From positions 3,038,001 to 3,102,000 of the forward strand of contig NC_043023.1 in the NCBI RefSeq assembly GCF_006345805.1: DNA of 64,000 bases. Direction: 5' to 3'. Shown here piece by piece: positions 11,697 to 22,496 of this stretch. This DNA is from Octopus sinensis. Its lineage: Eukaryota. Position 1 is the stretch's first letter, and every line of letters begins with the position of its first letter. Made by a program: the position numbers and the translations under genes. The notes under the pieces were generated by a model. The model did no database searches. It was not told the DNA's origin and saw only the letters and a list, made by a program, of their open reading frames with translations.

Positions 11697-11879
11697 GGTG
11701 TGAGAGGATGGTTAAGTAATAGTTAATTTAGATAGGATACAAAATAGAGAGTGAGGTGGAGGAAAGAAAATAGATATGAGATATGTAGGGATATTGAAGT
11801 TGTAGATCCATTTTTTAGGCAGAATGGTATATATGTAGGAATCCAATATATATTATATATAGGGGGAGAATTCATGAAA

Positions 11880-12045
11880 AAAACAAAAGACGCAGACAGG
11901 TGGTTAGAAAACAAACAGCTGTATTAATATAACGCTTGGGAATTGAGAAAGTCTTTAACGTTTCGAGCCTATGCTCTTCAACAGAAAGGAACACAGAAAG
12001 AAACAAGGAGAGAAAAAAATGTGTAGTGGCTACAGATCTATCATG
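11880..12045 (-). mobile_element. Penelope-like tail repeat (family E) with HHR-like motif at 11953-11988
   Basis: CTTT|CTGTTGA|A|GAGC-ATAG-GCTC|GAAAC-GTT|AAAG (A6U); same architecture as family D. Confidence 0.6.
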
Positions 12046-12075
12046 AGATATATATATATATATATATATATACAT

Positions 12076-12624
12076 AAAATAATAGTTATCGCCATACTAT
12101 ATGCATTCTTATAAAATAAAAAAAGCTGTCCGCTTATTAGCTCCATGAGGCCATCGCCTTAAGTTAGCTATTTGATACACAAACTGTATCCATATAACCT
12201 TCGAACAAGGGGGTCAGTCGCTCCACACTACTTGACCGGCATCTACAGACGCGTTTCGGGGTATTGCCCCTTTTCAATGCAGCGTAGCCAGCCAGTAGGT
12301 GTCGCTTCCGACATCTCTGTTCGATAGTTTTTTTACCTAGTTTCGGTGGAATACATCCCTTGTTTTCAATAATAGAAATATTAAAATATAAGTCTCTCTA
12401 AAAGAGAACAGCGGCAGCGTTCCCGGAAAATAATAGTTATCGCCATACTAATATGGCATTCTTATAAAAATAAGAAAAAAGCTGTCCGCTTATTAGCCCA
12501 TGAGGCCATCGCCTTAAGTTAGCTATTTGATACCACAAACTGTATCCATATAATAACCTTCGAACAAGGGAGGTCAGTCGCTCCACACTACTTGACCGGC
12601 AGCTACAGACGCGTTTCGGGTATT
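12076..12624 (-). mobile_element. Tandem direct repeat of a 350-360-bp non-coding unit with one HHR per unit (retrozyme or Penelope pLTR-like)
   Basis: 12076-12265 recurs at 12427-12624; GUC cleavage triplets at 12248-12250 and 12608-12610; the repeat runs into the N gap. Confidence 0.75.
12243..12282 (-). ncRNA. Complete minimal type-I hammerhead ribozyme, U3-A8 compensated core
   Basis: CTGCA|TTGAAAA|GGGG-CAATA-CCCC|GAAAC-GC-GTC|TGTAG; all three helices pair and the core is canonical apart from the compensatory 3-8 swap. Confidence 0.8.
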
Positions 12625-12724
12625 NNNNNNNNNNNNNNNNNNNNNNNNNNNNNNNNNNNNNNNNNNNNNNNNNNNNNNNNNNNNNNNNNNNNNNNNNNNN
12701 NNNNNNNNNNNNNNNNNNNNNNNN
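12625..12724. other. Scaffold gap (100 N)
   Basis: Exactly 100 N, usually an unknown-length placeholder. Confidence 0.98.
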
Positions 12725-13500
12725 ACCATCATCATCATCATCATCATCATCATTACCATCATCATTATTGCCATCATCATTACCATCAATCACACTATCA
12801 TCATCATCATCACCAAAAATAGCCACATCAGTATCATTATCATCAGCATCAGCATTATTACCACCACCACCAAAATCATCAACATCTCCACCACCACCAC
12901 AACCAGCATCACTGCCATCATCATCATCACCGTTGTCATCACCACAATCACTGACACCACCACCATAATCATCACCATCATCATCATCATGAACAGCAGC
13001 AGATGCAGAAGCGTCTTCACCATCACCACCATCACCAATACCATCATCGTCACCATCATCATTATCATTGCCATTATCACTATCATCATCATCATCATCA
13101 CCACCACCATCATCACCATCAGTAGCCGCATCAGTATCATTATCATCATCATCCCCATCACCACCACTACCAACACCACCACCACTACCAGCATCACTAC
13201 CATCATCATTATCATCATCGTCATCATCACCATCCTCATCGCCACCATCATCACCACCACCACCATAATCATTAACATCATCATCATCATCACCATCAGC
13301 ATTATCACTACCAACATCATCATCGTTGTCATTACCACCATGTCCAACACGACCACCACTACCATCATCATCATCATCATCATCAACTGAAGTACTAAGA
13401 TGAACAACAGTATGAATAACAACAACAACAACACTGATATCAGAACTCCACAACAACCACAAAACTGAAAACAACAACAACAACAGCATCAACACTAACA
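12725..13500. repeat. (CAT)n/(CAC)n/(CAA)n trinucleotide tract
   Basis: Direct sequence; explains the Asp/Gly-rich and Met/Val-rich ORFs. Confidence 0.93.
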
Positions 13501-13536
13501 GTGAAACAATGGCAATTTTGGTTACTATTTCTAACC

Positions 13537-13709
13537 AGGCACAGGAGTGGCTGTGTGGTAAGAAGCATGCTTTCCCAGTCAAATGGTTCCGGGTTCAGTC
13601 CCACTGCATGGCACCTTGGGCAAGTGTCTTCTGCTATAGCCTCGGGCCGACCAAAGCCTTGTGTGGATTTGGTAGACGGAAACTGAAAGAAGCCTGTCGT
13701 ATATATGTA

Positions 13710-13753
<44 letters not shown>

Positions 13754-13966
13754 TGTGTGTGTTTGTGTGTCTGTATTTGTCCCCTAGCATTGCTTGACAA
13801 CCGATGCTGGTGTGTTTATGTCCCCATTACTTAGCGGTTCAGCAAAAGAGACCGATAGAATAAGTACTGGGCTTACAAAAGAATAAGTCCCGGGGTCGAG
13901 TTGCTCAACTAAAGGCGGTGCTCCAGCATGGCCGCAGTCAAATGACTGAAACAAGTAAATGAGTAG
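13537..13966 (+). mobile_element. SINE family 1
   Basis: Full copy. Confidence 0.9.
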
Positions 13967-14144
13967 AGTGTGTTATACTGTACATCAGGTAATGTACTCC
14001 TAGATACACAATGCTTGAATAAAAGATGAGATGCTTACAGCTGGAACATTTTGGTTTATAAGTCTGCTGGGGTTAACAACAAGAACAAGAACAACCAAGG
14101 CCACTTATAGTACTATACATTAGATGATGTAGTCCTTGGTAGAC

Positions 14145-14810
14145 CATCATCATTTAGCATCAATTGTCCATGCTGGCATGGGTTGGACAGCTTGACCAAG
14201 GCTGGAAGGATGCACCAGACCCCGGTCTGATTTGGCATGGTTTCCTACAACTGGATGCCCTTTCTAATGCCGAACTCTCTGAGAGTGAAATGGGTGGTTT
14301 TATGTGCCACCAGCATATGTGCCATTTGCATGACACTGGTGTCTGCCACAACTGCGATTTTACTTGGCTTGATGGAATTTTTTCTGAAGCATAATATAAT
14401 TCCAAAGGTCTTGGTCATTGCTTCTGTGAGGCCCAACACTCGAAAAGAACTCAGCCAATTTGCTTCCAGGAGGCCCGACGCTCAAAAGGAACTCAGCTGC
14501 TTTGCCCCCAGGAAACCCAATGCTTCTGGCACAGCAGCCAGTTATATGACACCAGCATCATCCACGACTAGAATTTCACTTAGCTTGATGGGTCCTCTTC
14601 TCAAGCATGATATCATGCCAAAGGTCTTGGTCACTACCTCCATGAGGCCCAGCACTCAAAAAGAACTCAGATACTTCAGCTCCAGGAAGCCCAATGCTTC
14701 CAGCACAGGTCCCAGTTATGTGATACCAGCATCAACCACAACTACGATTTCACTTGGCTTGACGGGTCTTCTCAAGCGCTGCATATCACCAAAGGTCTTG
14801 GTCACTTGTC
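14145..14810 (-). mobile_element. Stacked or internally repeated 3' ends of the RTE family
   Basis: Minus strand has GACCAAGACCTTTGG three times (RTE ORF end, LGLTEAMTKxxDLW), then the RTE 3' UTR AGGAAGGGCATCCAG...CCAACCCATGCCAGCATGGA and an (ATG)n-type tail. Confidence 0.8.
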
Positions 14811-14866
14811 ATTTTATTTTTCTTCCTTTATATGAATATAAACTACATGGTTTTATATACAAACCA

Positions 14867-15262
14867 TGCGCAGGAGTGGCTGTGTGGTAAGTAGCTTGCT
14901 TACCAACCACATGGTTCTGGGTTCAGTCCCACTGCATGGCACCTTGGGCAAGTGTCTTCTACTATTGCCTAGGGCCAACCAAAGCCTTGTGAGTGGATTT
15001 GGTAAACGGAAACTGAAAGAAGCCCGTCGTATATATGTATATATATGTATGTGTGTGTATATGTTTGTGTGTCTGTGTTTGTCCCCCCACCATTGCTTGA
15101 CAACCGTTGGTGTGTTTACGTCCCCGTAACTTAGCGGTTCAGCAAAAGAGACTGATAGAATAAGTACTAGGCTTACAAAGAATAAGTCCTGGGGTCGAGT
15201 TACTCGACTAGAAGGCGGTGCTCCAGCATGGCCGCAGTCAAATGACTGAAACAAGTAGAAGA
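14867..15262 (+). mobile_element. SINE family 1
   Basis: Full copy. Confidence 0.9.
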
Positions 15263-15409
15263 GAGAAAGAGAGAGAAAAATCTATTATTTGAAGGAAATC
15301 TTTTCCTCCAAAATATTAGCTGCTGAACCAGTATTTCCTCAAACGACACCATCCATTCATGAGGCTAACATAACCTCTAGTCAAATTTTATATATATATA
15401 TATATATAC

Positions 15410-15640
15410 TCAGGCGACGAGCTGGCAGAAACGTTAGCACGCCGGGCGAAATGATGAGCCGTATTTCGTCTGCCGTTATGCTCTGAGTTCAAATTCCGCC
15501 GAGGTCGACTTTGCCTTTCATCCTTTTGGGGTCGATAAATTAAGTACCAGTTACGCACTGGGGTCGATGTAATCGACTTAATCCGTTTGTCTGTCCTTGT
15601 TTGTCCTCTCTGTGTTTAGCCCCTTGTGGGCAATAAGGAA
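15410..15640 (+). mobile_element. SINE family 2
   Basis: GGCGACGAGCTGGCAGAAACGTTAGCACGCCGGGCG head, core and tail. Confidence 0.88.
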
Positions 15641-15666
15641 ATATATATATATTTATATATATATAT

Positions 15667-15947
15667 ACTCTTTTACTCTTTTACTTGTTTCAGTCATTTG
15701 ACTGCAGCCATGCTGGAGCACCACCTTTAATCGAGCAACTCGACTCCGGGACTTATTCATTGTAAGCCCAGTACTTATTCTATCGGTCTCTTTTGCCAAA
15801 CCGCTAAATGACGGGGCCATAAACACACCAGCATTGGTTGGCCTGAGGCTACAGTAGAAGACATTTGCCCAAAGTGCAACACAGTGGGACTGAACCCTGA
15901 ACCATGTGGTTGGTAAACAAGCTACTTACCCACACCACTCCTGTGCC
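15667..15947 (-). mobile_element. SINE family 1, internally deleted
   Basis: Tail and head joined without the central body. Confidence 0.8.
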
Positions 15948-16040
15948 TATATATATATATGTGTACGTATATATATATATTATAGAATATATATAAATAT
16001 AGTATACATATATATCTATATATATATATATATATATATA

Positions 16041-19000
16041 TCCTGCCCGGCGTGGTCAGGTTGGAAGAAGATCAAAAGAAAAATACCACGAAAACTATCA
16101 CCACCACAACAACCCTCCTCTTCTCAGGCGCCGAATCCCCCCCGTCCCCCCCACATCTCCTTCCCAGTTTTCAGAGTTGGCACTATCAATGTTGGTACAT
16201 TGACAGGCAAGTCTAGTGAGATTGTAGAGATGCTAGAGAGAAGACAGGTTGATGTATGCTGCATACAAGAGGTAAGATGGAGAGATGCTTCGGCTAGGGT
16301 CCTCACGGGCAAGGCACTTAGGTACAAACTCTACTGGCAAGGTAACGCGGAAGGTGTAGGGGGTGTAGGCATTCTCCTTGCGGAGAATGGGTGGATAAGG
16401 TCATAGAGGTTGTCAGGGTTTGTGATAGAGTGCTTAAGCTCAGGTTGGTCCTACAGAGTGGCACAGCTATGATTATCTCAGCCTATGCCCCACAAGCGGG
16501 ACTACCAAATGATCAGAAGGACAACTTTTATGATACCCTTCTGCAGGCTACTTCAAAGACTAGTAACAAGGACCTCATCTTTGTAGGTGGAGATTTTAAT
16601 GGGCATGTTGGGCGGGAATCGGGTATCTTCACTGGGGTACATGGTGGCTATGGTATTGGCACCAGAAATGATGAGGGAACTAGACTGCTGGAATTCTGTG
16701 ATGCATGTAACCTTTCAATCTGCAACACTAACTTCAAGAAGCCAGTCTGCCACCTTATAACTTATCAGTCAGGAGACTCCGCTAGCCAAATAGACTTCAT
16801 CCTCACCAGACAACGGGATGCAGGGTTGCTCTTGAATACAAAGACCCTCCCGGGTGAAGAATGTATCCCTCAGCATAGACTAATCATCAGTGACTTTAAG
16901 CTTGAGGCCAGAAGGACTCCAAGAAACAAACCAATCCAGAAAAGAAGGATTTGGAGGCTAAAGAACCCTTCGCATGGTCAGAAATTTAGGGACATACTCA
17001 TCAAGAAATTTGATGAGAGGGAGGAGGAGCTTCAGACGTCAGACATAGAAGGTAGCTGGGAATTCCTACGGGACAGCTTGCTGAGTGCCACAGACCAAGT
17101 CTGTGGATGGTGCAAAGTCCCTTCCAGACCTAGAATTACGTGGTGGTGGAATAGTGCAGTAGATAAAGCCATCTGTGAAAAGAGACGGGCCTGGAAAGCC
17201 TGGAAGGATGGGGGCAGCAGGGAACTGTACCAGATAGCCAAAAGGGAGGCTGGGCGGCAGGTATACATTGCCAAAGATGTAGCAGAAAAGAAGAAGTTTG
17301 CCAATGTCCAGCGTCGCGAGGATCAAAGAGCTGAAGTATTTCGGATTGCCAGACAGTGTGTCAGAGAAAATAGCGATGTTATAGGAGAGAAATGTGTCCG
17401 CATGGATGATGGGGCACTTGCTTTTACTACTAGTGAAAAGAAAGAGGCTTGGAGAAGCCATTATGAAAGACTGCTGAATGAGGAGAATGAATGGGAGGAG
17501 GAGAGCCTGCCAAATGTTGACCCAGTAGAGGGACCAGCTACCCGAATAGACAGCTCCCTTGTAGATAAGGCAATTAAGGATATGAAACCAGGCAAAGCCC
17601 CTGGCCTATCAGGAATCACTGCTGAGATGCTTAAAACAGCTGGCTATGTGGGCTATGCCATAGTCACCCGCATTGTAAACCAGGTAGTTCACAATGGAGT
17701 CATACCCAATGACTGGTGCAGCAGCACCATAGTCAACTGCTACAAGGGTAAGGGTGATGCTCTAGATAGAAATAACTACAGAGGTATCAAACTGTTGGAC
17801 CAGGTGATGAAGGTCTCAGAGAAGGTCATAACCAATCTCATTAGGGAGAGAATTTGTTTAGATGAAATGCAGTTCGGTTTTGTACCAGGTAGAAGCACCA
17901 CTGATGCTATATTCCTGGTCCGACAACTGCAGGAGAAGTACCTAGCTAAAGATAAACCCCTCTACATAGCTTTTGTAGACTTGGAGAAAGCCTTTGACAG
18001 GGTTCCCCGTTCCCTTATCTGGTGGTCGATGCGGAAACTGGAGATTGAAGAATGGCTAATAAGGGCTGTACAGGCTCTATACAGAGAGGCTGTCAGCAAG
18101 GTTAGGATTGGCAACGAATATAGTGAAGAATTCCGGGTAGAAGTAGGTGTGCACCAGGGCTCAGCCCTCAGTCCCCTTTTATTCATCATAGTCCTTCAGG
18201 CAATAACAGAGGAATTCAAAACGGGATGCCCCTGGGAGCTCCTCTATGCCGATGACCTAGCTCTCATAGCAGAATCACTACCGGAACTAGAAGAGAAATT
18301 TCGGGTGTGGAAGCAAGGGTTGGAATCAAAGGGCCTTAGAATAAATGTAGCAAAGACCAAAGTATTAGTAAGCAGCAAGAGGTACTCAGCACACACCCCC
18401 TCGGGTAGGTGGCCCTGCTCAACCTGTAGGAAAGGTACAGGTAGAAACTCCATAAGATGCACCCAATGTAAGTTATGGACACATAAGAGGTGCAGCAACA
18501 TTAAAGGGAAATTAACAGATAAGATAGCTTTCATGTGCGGCAGATGCACAGGGACAATAGACACAACAGACACTCAGAAAACAGATTCCATCACACTCCA
18601 GGGAGAGAAACTAGAAGTAGTTGATAGTTTCCGCTACCTGGGTGACCAAGTTAGTAGCGGAGGTGGATGCACAGAGAGTATCACCACTAGAATACGAATA
18701 GCCTGGGCAAAGTTCAGAAAGCTCCTACCCCTACTGGCAACAAAAGGTCTCTCCTCAGAGCAAAAGGTAGATTGTATGATGCATGTGTGCGAACTGCCAT
18801 GCTTCACGGTAATGAAACATGGGCTGTGACTGCAGAAGACATGCGTAGACTTGAAAGAAATGAAGCTAGCATGATCCGCTGGATGTGTAGTGTCAGTGTG
18901 CACGCAAGACAGAGTGTAAGCATCCTGAGAGAAATGCTGGATATAAGAAGCATCAGATGTGGTGTGCAAGAGCGACGCTTGCGATGGTATGGTCATGTGC

Positions 19001-19558
19001 TGCGGATGGATGAAGAGAGATGTGTGAAGAAGTGCCACTCCCAAACAGTTGAAGGTATCAGGGGGAGAGGTAGACCCAGGAAGACATGGGATGAGGTAGT
19101 CAAGCATGACCTCAGAGCATTGGGCCTCACTGAGGCAATGGCGAAGGACCGAGATCTCTGGAGATATGCTGTGACTACAAAGACCCGACTGCTTTCTGCA
19201 GCAATTCCACATACACCCTACCCATTCTAAGTACCCCGGATCCCCAAAGTACCCTGGATCCCCAAAGTACCCCGATCCCCAAAGTACCCCGGACCTTGTT
19301 GCCCCCGTGCCGCTGACACGTTAAAAGCTCGAACCGATCGTGACCGATGCCGGACCCTCCGGCCCCTGTGCAGGTGGCACGTAAAAAGCACCCAATCCAC
19401 TCACGGAGTGGTTGGCGTTAGGAAGGGCATCCAGCCGTAGAAACTCTGCCAGATTCAGACTGGAGCCTGGAGCGGCCCCTGGCTTCCCAGACCCGGTTGA
19501 ACCGTCCAACCCGTGCTAGCGCGGAAAGCGGACGTTAAACGATGATGATGATGATGAT
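16041..19558 (+). mobile_element. Near full-length RTE-clade non-LTR retrotransposon
   Basis: Single APE-RT reading frame, 3' UTR shared with many truncated copies, (GAT)6 tail at 19541-19558, flanked on both sides by (TA)n. Confidence 0.97.
16043..19230 (+). pseudogene. RTE ORF (APE endonuclease + reverse transcriptase + PHD-like finger), about 1060 codons with two 1-bp frameshifts
   Basis: APE motifs RVGTINVGTL, CCIQEVRW, GDFNGHVG, SQIDFIL; RT motifs AFVDLEKAFDRV, GVHQGSALSPLLF, LLYADDL, FRYLGD; C-terminal LRWYGHVLRM...GRGRPRKTW. Frame breaks at about 16387 (LAEKWVDK expected) and about 18754 (LSLRAKGRLY expected); no in-frame stops. Confidence 0.93.
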
Positions 19559-19589
19559 ATATATATGTATATGTGTGTATATCATTATC

Positions 19590-19735
19590 ATCATCATTGT
19601 TTAATGTCTGTTTTCGATGCTAGCATGGGTTGGACTGGACAGTTGAACCGGGATCTGGGAAGCCAGGAGGCTGCACCAGGCTCCAGTCTGATCTGGCAGT
19701 GTTTCCACAGCTGGATGTCCTTCCTAACGCCAACT
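19590..19735 (-). mobile_element. RTE 3' UTR fragment
   Basis: Reverse complement of the 19410-19558 tail, with (ATC)n at its end. Confidence 0.8.
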
Positions 19736-19824
19736 ATTTATTTTCTTGTTTTTATCGGATAGTATGTGAAGTATGTTTTTTATATAGCAATATTATTATT
19801 ATTATACTTTTCTAGTTATGTATA

Positions 19825-19956
19825 TCCTCTGACGAGGCCTTTGGTTATTTAAACATACAAATATAATCTTTAATGCCTAGGACTATGTTACAATGGCATC
19901 TATTGGCAAATTAAGTTGGATTGACTTTTGACCATAGGCTGAAACAGCTGTAAGGA
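19825..19956 (+). ncRNA. Type-I hammerhead ribozyme motif, canonical core, 85-nt loop II
   Basis: TCCT|CTGACGA|GGCCTTTGGT...ACCATAGGCT|GAAAC-AGCT-GTA|AGGA; stem II is 10 bp with one mismatch. Confidence 0.72.
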
Positions 19957-20311
19957 GCAGTTTATTTGTATTGTTTTTATGGCATTATTAATTTGCATAT
20001 TGATGTATATTGTTTTGTTCGGTTTTCATGTTCCTATTTATATAATTAATAAATAATATGAAATGGTAATATCTGTAAGTTGATGATTGAAATGAATTTG
20101 TTCCTCCATTTTCTTATTTGTTTTATGAATTTGAGGTAAAATATTTTTTACCTTCGCCCATCCAATACAATAAATGAATTAATTGCATTGCAATTGTAAG
20201 CATTTATGTATTTGGCATTTGGGTGCTTTACCGGCAGTATATTAGATAACTGATATCCCATAGTGGGTTACTTTCATAACCCCTATCTTACTTTGTACTC
20301 TCTCTCTCTCT

Positions 20312-20718
20312 CTTACTCTTTAACTTGTTTCAGTCATTTGACTGCAGCCATGCTGGAGCACCGCCTTTAGTCGAGCAAATCAACCCTGGGACTTATTCTT
20401 TGTAAGCCCAGTACTTATTCTATCGGTCTCTTTTGCCGAACCGCTAAATTACAGGGATGTAAACACACCAGCATCGGTTGTCAAGCAATGCTAGGGGGAC
20501 AAACACAGACACACAAACATATACACATACATATACATATATATACATATATACAACAGGCTTCTTTCAGTTTCCGTCTACCAAATCCACTCACAAGGCA
20601 TTGGTCGGCCCGGGGCTATAGCAGAAGACACTTTGCCCAAGATGCCCCGCAGTGGGACTGAACCCAGTATCATGTGGTTGGTTAGCAAGCTACTTACCAC
20701 ACAGCCACTCCTGCGCCT
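20312..20718 (-). mobile_element. SINE family 1
   Basis: Full copy in reverse orientation. Confidence 0.9.
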
Positions 20719-20736
20719 ATATATATATATATATAT

Positions 20737-21050
20737 ATCACCGTGACCACCGTGACCAACCAGGCTATCAGATGTTGCTACACATCGCTGGTCACAATGC
20801 GCTTTGCATTGTTTTAGCCTTCAAATGACGCCACCCCGCTGGCTAAGCGAGCAGGCCAACAGAAGAAAGAGTGAGAGAAAGTTATGGCGAAAGAGTACAG
20901 CAGGGACCGCCACCAACCCCTGCCGGAGCCTCGTGGAGCTTTAGGTGTTTTCGCTCGATAAACACACACAACGCCCGGTTTGGGAATCGAAACCGTGATC
21001 CTACGACCGCGAGTCCGCTGCCCTAACCACTGGGCCATTGCACCTCCATA
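20737..21050 (-). mobile_element. tRNA-derived SINE family 4
   Basis: Minus strand GAGGTGCAATGGCCCAGTGGTTAGGGCAGCGGACTC...GGTTTCGATTCCC head; related copies at 21415-21615 and 34143-34445. Confidence 0.85.
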
Positions 21051-21051
21051 T

Positions 21052-21615
21052 ACTCTTACTCTTTTACTCTTTTACTTGTTTCAGTCATTTGACTGCGGCC
21101 ATCCTGGAGCACCACCTTTAGTCGAGCAACTCGACCCCGGGACTTATTCTTTGTAAGCCCAGTACTTATTCTATCGGTCTCTTTTGCCGAACCGCTAAGT
21201 GACGGGGACATAAACACACCAGCATCGCTTGTCAAGCAATGCTAGGGGGACAAACACAGACACACAAACCCACACACATACATACATATATATACATATA
21301 TATGACAGGCTTCTTTCAGTTTTCGTCTACCAAATCCATTCACAAGGCATTGGTCAGCCCGGGGCTATAGCAGAAGACACTTGCCCAAGATGCCACACAG
21401 GGAAGGGATGCCAGTCCATTGCAGTGTTACTCATGAAACAGGAAAAAAGAGTGAGAGAAAGTTGTGGCGAAAGAGTACAGCAGGGACCGCCACCAACCCC
21501 TGCCGGAGCCTCGTGGAGCTTTAGGTGTTTTTGCTCGATAAACACACACAATGCCCGGTTTGGGAATCGAAACCGCGAATCTGCTGCCCTAACCACTGGG
21601 CCATTGCACCTCCAT
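21052..21615 (-). mobile_element. SINE family 1 partial copy fused to a SINE family 4 5' part
   Basis: 21052-21398 is family 1 and 21415-21615 is family 4. Confidence 0.75.
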
Positions 21616-21639
21616 ATCATCATCATCGTTTAGCATCCG

Positions 21640-21678
<39 letters not shown>

Positions 21679-21758
21679 ACAGATTATTGGCAGTGTAATT
21701 TTGACTGCAGTGGACTTTTCAATCAAGTTTTCTTCAAACACATAACCAACCAGCTAAC

Positions 21759-21815
21759 CAGACGCCCAGCATCTCTTCTTGAGTATCACGCTCTGCAATT
21801 CACAATCGAAATATC
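21759..21815 (-). CDS. Candidate 57-nt symmetric (phase 1) micro-exon of an unknown host gene
   Basis: Long pyrimidine tract + CAG acceptor at 21818-21816, G|GTTAGC donor, open frame (G)YFDCELQSVILKKRCWAS. No homology recognised. Confidence 0.25.
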
Positions 21816-22496
21816 CTGTACTGAACACACAAATCAAAAGCAAGCAAAAAAACAAACATTAAAGAACACAAAATAAAACACAAGCATATATACACACATA
21901 TAAATATATATATAAATGAATATGCATGAATATATAAAGGAAATATATGAATAGAATAAATAGATATAAATAAAAAACAAATTGCACATTGTGAAAGTGA
22001 AAGTAGAATCTGAAGCCGTGACACTAAAAATTTGAAGTTTTCCAAACTGCAGGCTAATTTGTCAGTTCTTTAACATGGTAGAGTTGATTCTTTGAGACTT
22101 ATTTGTCATGGTAATATGACTATTTCTTCAGCAGGTTTCTCTTGTATCCTGTTTTTTTTTATATCTATTTTATATTGTTTTTGTATTTCTTCATTATTCT
22201 TTATTTTATTAACTAATATCTATAAATTTAGTTCTTTTGGATCTTTCCAACCGATGCTTGCTTTTGTTTTGCGGTTCTTAAAAAATATCTTGTAATGTCT
22301 TAGGGTTTTTTGTTGTTTTTTTTTTGTAGTTTTTGTTGTTTTTTTTTCTTTGATTCTTTGTGGCAATTTTATTTTTTCACTTTTGAAGTTCAGTGTTCTT
22401 GATAAATAGTTTTTGTGTTGTTGTAGTTGTTGCTGGTGGTGAATGATACTGTGTTTGTTGTGGCAGAGGAGGTAGTGTATAAGGGTGGTAAGACTA

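Noticed and set aside
12427-12624. Small indels between the two tandem units as real divergence
   Set aside because: Mostly 1-3-bp insertions in runs next to a contig end, typical of low-coverage consensus error.
12437-13582. 381-aa Asp/Gly-rich ORF
   Set aside because: Trinucleotide repeat read across an N gap.
16041-16125. HDV-like ribozyme at the RTE 5' end (known in some RTEs)
   Set aside because: Could not build the nested double pseudoknot; the element appears 5'-clipped at (TA)n.
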